From Spirochaetia bacterium (GTDB lineage Bacteria > Spirochaetota > Spirochaetia > WTKD01 > G963693115), in assembly GCA_965226055.1 (NCBI GenBank), contig CBDDCA010000006.1:288001-352000 (forward strand): DNA of 64,000 nt, read 5' to 3'. Of the stretch, positions 11,367 to 20,949 are shown piece by piece. The notes under the pieces were generated by a model. It saw only the letters and a list, made by a program, of their open reading frames with translations, was not told the origin of the DNA and did no database searches. Positions within the stretch are counted from its first letter, which is position 1, and the number at the start of each line of letters is the position of its first letter. The position numbers and the translations under genes are program-made.

Positions 11367-11472
11367 ACTTATTTATAGTGTATCATGTATTTTTATTGAA
11401 AAAAACTACTACTTGCACTCAATCTTCAATATTGTTAGGATACATACATTTTCACTTTCTTTTTGGCATCTC

Positions 11473-12282
11473 TCATACTACAGATGAAGGCGAAAAGTGA
11501 GCTATGGCTAACGATACTTTGTGTAAAAATCCAGCTGCTTGTACTTCATTATATGCTCTACTATCAAAAGAAAATGATAATGTCACATACGGCTTAAAAG
11601 ATACTCCCCCATCAGCTGTATATCTTGCCTGTGGCACAATAGGACTTATTCCTAATATGCCCGTCTGTGGAATAGTGAGAACAGGAGTATAGTGTTCTAT
11701 CCCATATGATCCAAAATTACTTATAGTAAATGTAGCTCCTTTAAGGGACTGTGCATCTATACTATTGTTTCTACACTTATGTATAAGAATTTTTGCATTC
11801 TGTGATATTTCGTTAAGAGACTGTGTATGTGCATTTCGTAACACTGGCATTAGTACCCCAGAAGGACTATTTACCATAAAAGAAAGATGTACCGAACTAT
11901 GCTCAACAATTTGGTTTCCATCTTCTCGCAAAGAATTTATAAAAGTACACTCTGCAAGCACACGAGAACAAATATACAAAAACATATCATTTAGAGTAAT
12001 AGTTTTATTCTGTGTTTTATATTGCTTATGGGATCGCTGAACAGATCTTGCATCTGCTGACATTGTTATTGTGCGCTGCTCAATGCTCCTTACCTGTTCT
12101 TGTTGCAATAAAAACGAACGAATAGTAGCTTCTTCTATCCTTAACAAAGAGTTCTGTTCAATATACAAGTGAAACAATGGGTAAAGGGAAACAAACTGTT
12201 CAAAACTCCACCCTCTTTGTGTAAGATAGCGTTTTGCTCGGGGACTTAGATGCACAGAAGGAAGAGTAGCTATTTCTGTCAT
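11473..12282 (-). CDS. Degenerate dihydrolipoamide acyltransferase (E2)-like protein
   Basis: SPRAKR peripheral-subunit-binding motif; GATFTISNFG...P...PQTGIL; no lipoyl domain; DHRxxDG replaced by DSRAYNE. Confidence 0.8.
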   Translation of the reverse strand: MTEIATLPSVHLSPRAKRYLTQRGWSFEQFVSLYPLFHLYIEQNSLLRIEEATIRSFLLQQEQVRSIEQRTITMSADARSVQRSHKQYKTQNKTITLNDMFLYICSRVLAECTFINSLREDGNQIVEHSSVHLSFMVNSPSGVLMPVLRNAHTQSLNEISQNAKILIHKCRNNSIDAQSLKGATFTISNFGSYGIEHYTPVLTIPQTGILGISPIVPQARYTADGGVSFKPYVTLSFSFDSRAYNEVQAAGFLHKVSLAIAHFSPSSVV

Positions 12283-12337
12283 ATATATTTGCTATTATAC
12301 ATTACTTTCACTTTCATATGTCTCTCTCCATTTATTA

Positions 12338-13294
12338 TCATATTGGTATCTTAATCCATGCTTGAGGCACATCTGTATCATTGATACTGTATCCTTCTTT
12401 TTCTTTAGAACTAATATACGGTAAAATTACTATCTTATCTTTATTTGTATTAAGCCATGCTCCCCACCAACTAAATGTACTACTTGCAATTATTTGATGC
12501 TTACATTTACTTAGCAAATATAAATCTTCATGTCCTTTTGAAAGTGAATTTCCGTCCATAATAGTAAAGGATATATGAGAGAAACGATGAGCTTGCCTTT
12601 TAACCCATGCAGGATCATCACTAAAGAAAAAATAATGTGGATGCTGTAATTTTTTCTGCATAATATGTATTGCAGCAAGATAATAATCTATACCTACCAA
12701 ATTGCCTATAGTAACAACATCTGTCCTACGAATATGAACTCCCACTGATTGCTTTTTACTCAATATGATGTTTTCGTATTTTAAAGAATAGCTGCCAAGT
12801 GGATTACGAAGGGTACATTGCTGAAGAATATCACTTCGATACTCTTCAAAAAATGTATGACATTGAAACCAACCATCAAGGTACACATTATTCCCCAGAC
12901 GAAATAAAGATTGTACATACTCATCTGGATACCCATATTTAACATGATGATTATTAAACGTTTTCAAACAATATATCTTTGTAAGATACCGTTTAAGAAA
13001 TAATGCTACTTTCATAGGAACATTCATTTTCCTTATAAGAGATAATAAAGCATGCACTCTCCTATAATATTTGTAAGAAGGTATTAGTAAGCAACCATAT
13101 TGAGCAATAATATTATATTCATCAAGAAAAAGAATACGAGCTTTTATACTGTTACCAGCAGAATCTTTCACAAAATAATCATAATCTAAAAAATCAAGAA
13201 CAACATAGGTATTATTTTTTCTTGCTAAGGCATAGGCTGTAGCGTATTGAAATAACTGATTACCAAGTCTCCCTTGTACTTTAACAGCTATCAT
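12338..13294 (-). CDS. Alpha-1,2-fucosyltransferase (GT11)
   Basis: GRLGNQLFQYA, GWFQ, VHIRRTD, FSDD, IIASSTFSWWGAWL. Confidence 0.92.
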   Translation of the reverse strand: MIAVKVQGRLGNQLFQYATAYALARKNNTYVVLDFLDYDYFVKDSAGNSIKARILFLDEYNIIAQYGCLLIPSYKYYRRVHALLSLIRKMNVPMKVALFLKRYLTKIYCLKTFNNHHVKYGYPDEYVQSLFRLGNNVYLDGWFQCHTFFEEYRSDILQQCTLRNPLGSYSLKYENIILSKKQSVGVHIRRTDVVTIGNLVGIDYYLAAIHIMQKKLQHPHYFFFSDDPAWVKRQAHRFSHISFTIMDGNSLSKGHEDLYLLSKCKHQIIASSTFSWWGAWLNTNKDKIVILPYISSKEKEGYSINDTDVPQAWIKIPI

Positions 13295-14240
13295 ATCTTA
13301 TACCATATTTATCCCTTCCATTGAGGACGTACCCCCCCCCCCCCAATTTCCACAGCATGCCTTTTACAATATTCTTAAAAGATTGATATAACGAAGGTTT
13401 CATTTTTTTCTGTAATAATTTCTCTGGTAAAAAATATTGATGAAAATAAAACCATACATCAAAAGGATGAGGAGGATCAATCATATGAAAATATTCGGGA
13501 TATCCAATGGCAAGACGAGCATATATATTTTGTTCTACTCCAATAAATGTACCATGAGAAGACATGTTATCCTTCAATGTATAGTAAAGATTATGTATTT
13601 TTAAGAGAATAGAGCTATGAATAAGAAATAAGCCTCCAACATGTTCTCTTGTTCGCAAGGTCAATGTAGCTATATTTTCTTTCTCCTTCGCATATTGTTG
13701 AACATCAAACCTTTGTTCTGTTTTTGTCATTACTACTTTATGGGGAGACATAGTAGTTACTTTTTCTACATCAGGCCACTGTCTAATTTCTCTTGGTTTC
13801 AAATCGTAATCATACCTACGCTTTCTTCCTCTAAACGCTCCAATATCCATCCACATAAACCACTGCGACCGAAACACATTTAACTCATACGCTTCTTTTA
13901 CAAAATGTAATTTTTCGTTCCATATAATATACAGCTCAGGATCATGTATATCTTTTTCTTTATTTTTTGCATGATGTTCTTGATACAATGCATAATGAGC
14001 ATACTCATGAAGCTGATGAAATTCTTTTATAATAACAACAGTATTTTCTTGATACTTTTTCCTTAATCGTAAAAAATAGGGAGCATGCTCTTTATCAGTA
14101 AATATAACGAGCGGGAGTTTCATATTACAGAGAAAATTTTTTATCCACTGTTTATACATATCATCACTATGTTTTGATTTCTTAAGACGATAATATGCAG
14201 TCACTATTGTGAGACTATTCTTAACAATACTTTCCTCCAA
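13281..14240 (-). CDS. HtrL/WlaTC-like glycosyltransferase, copy 1 (G13 tract near 3' end)
   Basis: TIVTAYY, LVIFTD, IWNEK..FV, N.F.S..F.WMDIG motifs; TTG start. Confidence 0.7.
   Translation of the reverse strand: MEESIVKNSLTIVTAYYRLKKSKHSDDMYKQWIKNFLCNMKLPLVIFTDKEHAPYFLRLRKKYQENTVVIIKEFHQLHEYAHYALYQEHHAKNKEKDIHDPELYIIWNEKLHFVKEAYELNVFRSQWFMWMDIGAFRGRKRRYDYDLKPREIRQWPDVEKVTTMSPHKVVMTKTEQRFDVQQYAKEKENIATLTLRTREHVGGLFLIHSSILLKIHNLYYTLKDNMSSHGTFIGVEQNIYARLAIGYPEYFHMIDPPHPFDVWFYFHQYFLPEKLLQKKMKPSLYQSFKNIVKGMLWKLGGGGYVLNGRDKYGIRYDSC
13332..13344 (-). repeat. Poly-G tract (G13)
   Basis: C13 on the + strand. Confidence 0.95.
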
Positions 14241-14294
14241 ACACTAGTACAAGTATATCATACTAGTACTATTTTTATTTAAGTCAACAATAAC

Positions 14295-14336
14295 GATCAC
14301 GAGTTCAAGGAGTAACTGCGACAAAGGAGCAAAAAA
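14295..14336 (+). mobile_element. Orphan IS30 left end (2 mismatches to 25031)
   Basis: GATCACGAGTTCAAGGAGTAACTGCGACAAAGGAGCAAAAAA vs GATCACGAGTTCAAGGATTAAATGCGACAAAGGAGCAAAAAA. Confidence 0.88.
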
Positions 14337-14364
14337 CATACTGTTACCTAATTTATGTGATCTA

Positions 14365-15369
14365 TCAAAAATAAGACAAGATGCCATTAGTATACAACAA
14401 AAATTCTATTTTATAAGCAAACTCTCTTTCCTTCCTTATTATTATTCCATTGGGGTGTACCCCCCCCCCCCCCAATTTCCACAGCATGCCTTTTACAATA
14501 TTCTTAAAAGATTGATACAACGAAGGCTTTATTTTTTTCTGTAATAATTTCTCTGGTAAAAAATATTGATGAAAATAAAACCATACATCAAAAGCATGAG
14601 AAGGATCAATCATATGAAAATATTCAGGATATCCAATGGCAAGACGAGCATATATATTTTGGTCTACTCCAATAAATGTACCATGAGAAAACATATTATC
14701 CTTCAATGTATAATAAAGATTATGTATTTTTAAGAGAATAGAGCTATGAATAAGAAATAAGCCTCCAACATGTTCTCTTGTTCGCAAGGTCAATGTAGCT
14801 ATATTTTCTTTCTCTTTCGCATATTGTTGAACATCAAACTCTTCCTCTGTTTTTATCATTACTGCTTTATGGGGAGACATAGTAGTTACTTTTTCTACAT
14901 CAGGCCACTGTCTAATTTCTCTTGGTTTCAAATCGTAATCATACCTACGCTTTCTTCCTCTAAACGCTCCAATATCCATCCACATAAACCACTGCGACCG
15001 AAACACATTTAACTCATACGCTTCTTTTACAAAATGTAATTTTTCGTTCCATATAATATACAGCTCAGGATCATGTATATCTTTTTGTATATCTTTTGCA
15101 TGATGTTCTTGATACAATGCATAATGAGCATACTCATGAAGCTGATGAAATTCTTTTATAATAACAACAGTATTTTCTTGATACTTTTTCCTTAATCGTA
15201 AAAAATAGGGAGCATGCTCTTTATCAGTAAATATAACGAGCGGGAGTTTCATATTACAGAGAAAATTTTTTATCCACTGTTTATACATATCATCACTATG
15301 TTTTGATTTCTTAAGACGATAATATGCAGTCACTATTGTGAGACTATTCTTAGCAATACTTTCCTCCAA
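14365..15369 (-). CDS. HtrL/WlaTC-like glycosyltransferase, copy 2 (G14 tract near 3' end)
   Basis: Near-identical to 13281..14240 up to the poly-G tract; different C-terminal tail. Confidence 0.7.
   Translation of the reverse strand: MEESIAKNSLTIVTAYYRLKKSKHSDDMYKQWIKNFLCNMKLPLVIFTDKEHAPYFLRLRKKYQENTVVIIKEFHQLHEYAHYALYQEHHAKDIQKDIHDPELYIIWNEKLHFVKEAYELNVFRSQWFMWMDIGAFRGRKRRYDYDLKPREIRQWPDVEKVTTMSPHKAVMIKTEEEFDVQQYAKEKENIATLTLRTREHVGGLFLIHSSILLKIHNLYYTLKDNMFSHGTFIGVDQNIYARLAIGYPEYFHMIDPSHAFDVWFYFHQYFLPEKLLQKKIKPSLYQSFKNIVKGMLWKLGGGGVHPNGIIIRKEREFAYKIEFLLYTNGILSYF
14460..14473 (-). repeat. Poly-G tract (G14)
   Basis: C14 on the + strand. Confidence 0.95.
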
Positions 15370-15433
15370 ACACTAGTACAAGTATATCATACTAGTACTA
15401 TTTTTATTTAAGTCAACAATAACGATACTATAC

Positions 15434-15461
15434 CAATAGCCCAAAATTATAAGGGCTATTG
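15434..15461 (-). terminator. Hairpin downstream of DUF4340-like gene
   Basis: CAATAGCCC-N10-GGGCTATTG. Confidence 0.5.
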
Positions 15462-15474
15462 ATATATGCAAGTA

Positions 15475-16500
15475 TTACTCTTCCACTAATACAGGAGGTG
15501 GTGTTTGTTCTGAGTCTTGAAACATAGCTTCTTCATTTTCTTCAGGTTCTTGAGCAAAAAAGTGATCATCATCAACAAGGAAACGATCTTCTACTGTCGA
15601 GTTATTAAGAATAAATGCAACAGTATCGCGTCCTCCTTTTGTTTTTGCATAATAGGTATCAGCAAAAAAGTATATATCTAATTCAAGAGCATCTCCTGAT
15701 TTTTGAGTTACTTTTATACTGATACTTTTTGTTTCTTCTTGCAATGCTACAGATGTAAGATCTTTCGCTTCTAAGAAAAACATATCTGTGAGATACTTTT
15801 CTGCAAGCACAGCATCAATCTTTTTATCAGAACCTACTAAACTCCATCCCTCATCGTTTCTTTCTAGTAGCATAGTACTTGACAACACTTTTGTCTTATC
15901 ATCATATCGTTGTATTTGATACTGAGATACATTTTCTACAGCATTATTACTAGGAAACAAACGAAGGTCTGCCCAATCCAGATAATCATACTGTAGGTAA
16001 GACACCATAGTATCATCTATTTGATATACAGAGGGACTATCATCAATTTGAGCAAAACTATTTGCTCCTGAAGCATCGCTCACTCGCAATGAAATCAGCT
16101 GGGATCCATCCTCTGCTGAAAGAACTAAGGAATACGCAGTATCGCCTAACTGATACTGTGATACATCTTTTGGATCTTTCGATACGAGCCTTCCTTTTTT
16201 TACCTTTGCTACTGTATTGAGGAACGATTGCACTATATCTTGATTTACAGGATAATTTTTTACATCCACATCCTCTTCTTCTCTTGTGAGCGTCCATATA
16301 TTGTTCAATTTTTTGAGAACAAATTTTTCGCTCGTACCAATTCCTTCTACATTAGCTATATCAACAGTACCAATAAGTGGCTGTGATACTTTTTTTCTCT
16401 GCTGTGATTGAGGCTTTGTTACTGTAGCTATGGTATACACTAGCACTAATATCACAAATATCACAGTGAGTATTACAATATTTTTTGTATTTTTAGTCAC
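15475..16500 (-). CDS. DUF4340-like membrane-anchored protein
   Basis: N-terminal TM, two repeated modules (LKKLNNIWTL / LERNDEGWSL), WADLRLF; last gene of a Gld-like ABC cluster. Confidence 0.7.
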   Translation of the reverse strand: MTKNTKNIVILTVIFVILVLVYTIATVTKPQSQQRKKVSQPLIGTVDIANVEGIGTSEKFVLKKLNNIWTLTREEEDVDVKNYPVNQDIVQSFLNTVAKVKKGRLVSKDPKDVSQYQLGDTAYSLVLSAEDGSQLISLRVSDASGANSFAQIDDSPSVYQIDDTMVSYLQYDYLDWADLRLFPSNNAVENVSQYQIQRYDDKTKVLSSTMLLERNDEGWSLVGSDKKIDAVLAEKYLTDMFFLEAKDLTSVALQEETKSISIKVTQKSGDALELDIYFFADTYYAKTKGGRDTVAFILNNSTVEDRFLVDDDHFFAQEPEENEEAMFQDSEQTPPPVLVEE

Positions 16501-16517
16501 AATTATTCTCCTTTATT

Positions 16518-18251
16518 TTAATATCGTCTCCGAGAAAGATTTCTTCTCATAAAAAGTACTACTGCCCCAACAATAACTATAAGTAAAGGGACAAAAAAGT
16601 TATTGATCAACTGAACAACAAACATATACCCTTCTTTTTTTGCTTCGTCTTGAATCTTATTTAACTGAAGATTACGTACATTCTTTGACTTTATCTGTAA
16701 TAACTCTACATCAGCACTTAACCATTCTGTTGAGTTAGATACAAAAGAAATATTATACTGTGCATTAGAAAATTGATAGAGAGGACTTATAAAATAATGA
16801 CTTCCCGCAGCAAGAAACCTTGCCTGTTCGGTACTTGATATATACTCTTCTATACTCTCCTCTGGGGTACTTATAATCCCTGCTTCTACTGCACTTGATA
16901 ATGGGCCATTAAATACAGAGATAAGATTATATTGTTTTGTATTCTCTTCATTTTTAGAAGTAAAAAATCCAGTGTTATCAGGAACTACATTAAAGCCGTT
17001 TCCTTGTGCATTAGGCCCTACTGTCCATCCATCTTCTGTAGTTTTCACTATATTTGTTACATAGTCTGCAACATCATCGCGAACAACTATTGGGCTTGTC
17101 CAATACATATCCAAGCCTGCAAAACGGTTTGTAATAGGATGATCTAAGGCAACATTTTGCTGAGCAATGGTAGGCCACATTGGATAACTTTGAAAAATAC
17201 TTACTCCTGCACCACCACTTAAAGGAATCTGCTTATTAAGAGAATCAAGTGCTATTTCATCTTTTATAGTAAGCCCATAACTCTCTATCATTTTATTAAG
17301 GACTGTGTCATTGGCTGTTGCAAATAAGCCTCTTTGTAAATCAACATTCGCTCTATCAACTGCAAAAAACACTCCTTTTCCTTGCATAACAAATTGGTCT
17401 ATACGATATGCTAACTCATTGGACACATCCTGATTTCCTAAAATATACAACACATCCACATCATCAGGAAACGGAGCATCATCTTTTTCTATTATTTTGA
17501 CTTCAAAATCTTGCTCAAGTATTTGTTGTATCACTTGCCTATTCTGTTGATCATCATAGTATGTATCAAGAAACAACACTCCAACAACACGTGCATCATC
17601 ATTATATGTTTCTACTATTTTTGATACTACTTGATACTCAATAATGGATGGTTCTAATGTAAAAGGGATAACACTGTTTCGTTCTTGATAAGAAATAACA
17701 ATGCCTGAATATACCACCGCAAAAGATGCCTCGTTCTTTTCAACAAACTGTATCTGTCTTGGTTCTAAGCCTTTTCCACGTAATTCTTCTTCGCTCAATG
17801 TTTCTGGATCAATCTCCTCTACAATAATACTCCCAGAACTCCGTGCTGCTATTTCTTGTAATGTATCAAGAATTTGCTGTGTTCCTTGTGCTTGCAGTTT
17901 TAATTTAGGACTAATATAATAATCTATGTATACAATATCCTCAAGGTCTCTTAGTATATCAATGGTCACCTGAGAGATTGAATATACTTTATTTTCTGTA
18001 GTATCAATACGAAAGGGAAATACCAACGAGTTTATTAGCACTAACACGATTACTGCAAAGAATACAATAGAAACAAACTGTTCCTTTGCTTTTTTCTGCC
18101 ATATCCCCCCTCCCTTAGCTCCTTTCTTTACTTTCTTCTGAGATACAGTAGAACTTTCTCCTTGAGATGCTGTATCTTTCTGAGTATCATCCTGTTGTGC
18201 TGGCACAGATGATACATTTTTTATATCTTCATTTCTTTCATCATTACTCAT
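16518..18251 (-). CDS. GldG-like ABC transporter accessory protein
   Basis: RIDTTENKVYSIS, IDQFVMQG, HPIT, N..F..N..EWL, C-terminal TM; start moved to ATG 18251 on GGAGG RBS. Confidence 0.85.
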   Translation of the reverse strand: MSNDERNEDIKNVSSVPAQQDDTQKDTASQGESSTVSQKKVKKGAKGGGIWQKKAKEQFVSIVFFAVIVLVLINSLVFPFRIDTTENKVYSISQVTIDILRDLEDIVYIDYYISPKLKLQAQGTQQILDTLQEIAARSSGSIIVEEIDPETLSEEELRGKGLEPRQIQFVEKNEASFAVVYSGIVISYQERNSVIPFTLEPSIIEYQVVSKIVETYNDDARVVGVLFLDTYYDDQQNRQVIQQILEQDFEVKIIEKDDAPFPDDVDVLYILGNQDVSNELAYRIDQFVMQGKGVFFAVDRANVDLQRGLFATANDTVLNKMIESYGLTIKDEIALDSLNKQIPLSGGAGVSIFQSYPMWPTIAQQNVALDHPITNRFAGLDMYWTSPIVVRDDVADYVTNIVKTTEDGWTVGPNAQGNGFNVVPDNTGFFTSKNEENTKQYNLISVFNGPLSSAVEAGIISTPEESIEEYISSTEQARFLAAGSHYFISPLYQFSNAQYNISFVSNSTEWLSADVELLQIKSKNVRNLQLNKIQDEAKKEGYMFVVQLINNFFVPLLIVIVGAVVLFMRRNLSRRRY

Positions 18252-18253
18252 GT

Positions 18254-18970
18254 CTACCTCCATTTTCTGTTAATAAGTACTTGTCTATTTAAAAATAAGA
18301 ATAGAGCCGATACTGCAAGATAATATATAACATCTCTCGTATCAATAAGCCCTTTTACAAAACTGTCAAGATGTGTGGGCAAAGCAATATAGTCTATAAG
18401 CTGTGCTAAAAAACGTGGCAAGGCAGGCAAATTTGGAAGATATGCTATAAGGGTAAGCAAAAAAAGCACAAGTGCAGTTAAAAGGAAATTAGATATTTGA
18501 TTTTTCGAAAGCGATGAGAGAAAACACCCAAGACTCACTTCGGTAGTAGTAAGCAGTATAATACCCAGATAGTTTGCAAAAAGTACGCCTAGCTCAAAAT
18601 CACCAAACGGCAACAACGATAGCGTAAGAATAGTATTTATTACAATCATCACAAGAAACAAGCTCAATGCCCCTAAAAACTTTCCTAACACTAACTGCCA
18701 TTCAGTAAAAGGAAGGGTAAGTAGTAATTCATCTGAACCCGTTTTTTTCTCTTCTGACCATGTACGCATCGTTACCGCTGGTACTACTATAATAAAAAAT
18801 ATAGGAATAATACTAAAAATAGTGCGAAAATCTGCCCTATTTTGCACAAAAAATGCTTGAAATTGAAATGTCCATAAAGAGACAATCAATGTAAAAAAGA
18901 AAATAAGAATATATGCAATGGGAGAGCTAAAATATTGTTTTAACTCTTTTTTTACTAATATAAATGTCAT
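18254..18970 (-). CDS. GldF-like ABC-2 permease
   Basis: KELKQYFSSPIAY, TMRTWSEEKKTGSDELLLTLP, KNQI, GLIDTRDVIYY; start moved to ATG 18970 on AGGAG RBS. Confidence 0.9.
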   Translation of the reverse strand: MTFILVKKELKQYFSSPIAYILIFFFTLIVSLWTFQFQAFFVQNRADFRTIFSIIPIFFIIVVPAVTMRTWSEEKKTGSDELLLTLPFTEWQLVLGKFLGALSLFLVMIVINTILTLSLLPFGDFELGVLFANYLGIILLTTTEVSLGCFLSSLSKNQISNFLLTALVLFLLTLIAYLPNLPALPRFLAQLIDYIALPTHLDSFVKGLIDTRDVIYYLAVSALFLFLNRQVLINRKWR

Positions 18971-18971
18971 G

Positions 18972-19913
18972 CTACTCTCCTGATTGTTTAGTAATTTTTT
19001 CAAAAATGGATTCAAGGCTGGTACTTTTTTGACTTAATTCCCGTAATCGGATACGCTCTTTACTTGCCCAATCAAAAAATATCTCACCTTTCATATACTC
19101 AGATAAACCAGTGATAATAACCTTCGTGGAATCATCTTTTTCTTCAACAATGTCTACTTTATTCACTCCCTCAACATTTCCTAGAGAAAGCACTGTTTCT
19201 TTAGGAACATTGCCTACCAACTCTAAGGAAAATATATCTTCTCCTTTTAGCTGATGAGATATTTCCTCACTTGTTCCTTCTGCTACAATTTTTCCTTCAT
19301 TTACAATAAGCACACGCTTACATAACACTTCAACTTCTTGTAGTATGTGAGTAGAGAGAATAACTGTTTTTGTTTCTCCTAGTTCTTGAATAACTTTCCG
19401 TATTTCTTTAATCTGATTTGGGTCTAGTCCTGATGTAGGTTCATCTAAAATAACTACTGCAGGATCATGGATAATAGCCTGTGCAAGCCCTACCCTTTGC
19501 CTCATTCCTTTTGAAAGACTGGAAATAGGTTTGTACACAAAATCACTAATACCACAACGCTGTATTCCCTTATCTATTGCAGCACCTAAGTCTACCGAAC
19601 TAATGCCTCTCGCTCTTCCAATAAACTGCAAGTACTCATACACGAGAAGATCTTCGTACAGTGGAGTAGTTTCGGGCAAATATCCGACTTGCGATTTTGT
19701 AAAAACAGTGTCTTCCACCACACTTTTTCCTGCTATCTTTACTGTTCCACTATGTGGATTATGATAGCCTGTTATCATTTTCATAATAGTAGTTTTTCCT
19801 GCCCCATTAGGACCAAGGAGACCCACTATTTCTCCTTCAGGTACAAAAAAACTTACATCTCTTACTGCTGTAAATGTATCATACCTTTTTGTTACATTTT
19901 TTAATTCAATCAT
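18972..19913 (-). CDS. GldA-like ABC transporter ATPase
   Basis: GPNGAGKTT, LSKGMRQRVGLAQA, DEPTSGLDPNQI, STHILQEV. Confidence 0.92.
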   Translation of the reverse strand: MIELKNVTKRYDTFTAVRDVSFFVPEGEIVGLLGPNGAGKTTIMKMITGYHNPHSGTVKIAGKSVVEDTVFTKSQVGYLPETTPLYEDLLVYEYLQFIGRARGISSVDLGAAIDKGIQRCGISDFVYKPISSLSKGMRQRVGLAQAIIHDPAVVILDEPTSGLDPNQIKEIRKVIQELGETKTVILSTHILQEVEVLCKRVLIVNEGKIVAEGTSEEISHQLKGEDIFSLELVGNVPKETVLSLGNVEGVNKVDIVEEKDDSTKVIITGLSEYMKGEIFFDWASKERIRLRELSQKSTSLESIFEKITKQSGE

Positions 19914-20085
19914 ATGATAGAAATCCTCCTAGTCAATAGAGTTAATATTGTGTAATGATCAACTATTTATTTAAACTTTACTCCAGTATACAAATATACT
20001 AAACACTATGCAAGAGTTACGGGGAATAATTTTTGGGGAAATTAGAGGGTACATTAGATAGTAGAACCATAAGTTTGTACTGTTT

Positions 20086-20949
20086 TTAATGAGAGATACT
20101 ATTAACTTTTAAACTATCTTTGAAAAATAATATTTCTTTTCCATTCTTAGTTTTATTAGCAAAATGTTTTAGAATAAAAGGTTTTCTATTTTTTACCCAA
20201 GAAAAATTTTCATTTATTTCCTCTTTATCATCATAAGAAACAATCCAAGAAAATTTTTTAATATTTTTAATTTTTTCACTTAAGATTTTATGCTGATCTT
20301 GTTTATAAAAGTTTAAGTATAAATCTTTTCCTTTATTAAAATAGGGAGGATCAAAATAAAATATTGTCTGCTTATTTTTTTCTTCTTTTTGAATTTTATC
20401 AATTAGTTCTAAAACATCTAGATTATGCAGAGTTATTTGTTCTTTATACCTTGCTATTAATTTGATTTTTTTTATTATTGTATCTTTATTGAATCTACAA
20501 TTTAATTTATATTTTCCTTTTTGTTTTAAGCCTCCAATAGGACCTCCTTTTAAAATTCCTGAAAAATTTGCCCTATTTAAAAATAATGTAGAAAAGCCTA
20601 CCTCTAATGATGAAAAATTTTGTATCTCTTTTTGTATTTCTTTTTGTTTTTTCCAATTTTCTATACTTATTTCTGTATCATGTATGAGTGTGCATAACTC
20701 ATCAGTTTTATTCAAAACACAATACCAAAAAGAATAAATAGATTTGTCTAAATCATTTAAAGTTATTTTTTTAAATTTATTTTCTAATAAAAGATATAAA
20801 CCAACTGAAGCTCCTCCACAAAAAGGCTCTACATAATGATCATTTATTTTATTATCAGTGCAAATTTGAGAAATAAATTTTGAAAGCCTATTCTTTCCTC
20901 CTGGATATCTTAATGGTGAATAAAATTTATTTTTAATCATTTTTACCAT
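20086..20949 (-). CDS. DNA adenine methyltransferase (Dam/D12 class)
   Basis: SPLRYPGGK, YVEPFCGGASV (motif I), DPPY (motif IV), WIVSYD. Confidence 0.9.
   Translation of the reverse strand: MVKMIKNKFYSPLRYPGGKNRLSKFISQICTDNKINDHYVEPFCGGASVGLYLLLENKFKKITLNDLDKSIYSFWYCVLNKTDELCTLIHDTEISIENWKKQKEIQKEIQNFSSLEVGFSTLFLNRANFSGILKGGPIGGLKQKGKYKLNCRFNKDTIIKKIKLIARYKEQITLHNLDVLELIDKIQKEEKNKQTIFYFDPPYFNKGKDLYLNFYKQDQHKILSEKIKNIKKFSWIVSYDDKEEINENFSWVKNRKPFILKHFANKTKNGKEILFFKDSLKVNSISH

Larger units (their letters stand above)
13316..15426. repeat. Direct duplication of ~980 bp (13316-14297 vs 14445-15426, offset 1129)
   Basis: Direct comparison: near-identity over gene and upstream region, ending at ...AAGTCAACAATAACGAT in both copies. 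Confidence 0.95.

Noticed and set aside
13281-13344. Poly-G slippage fusing the HtrL-like GT to the GT11 fucosyltransferase
   Set aside because: The GT11 frame has a TAA at 13300-13298 just upstream of its ATG, so no fusion is possible
15475-19913. Evidence of gliding motility
   Set aside because: GldAFG-like ABC clusters are widespread in non-gliders, and no motor or T9SS genes are in the window
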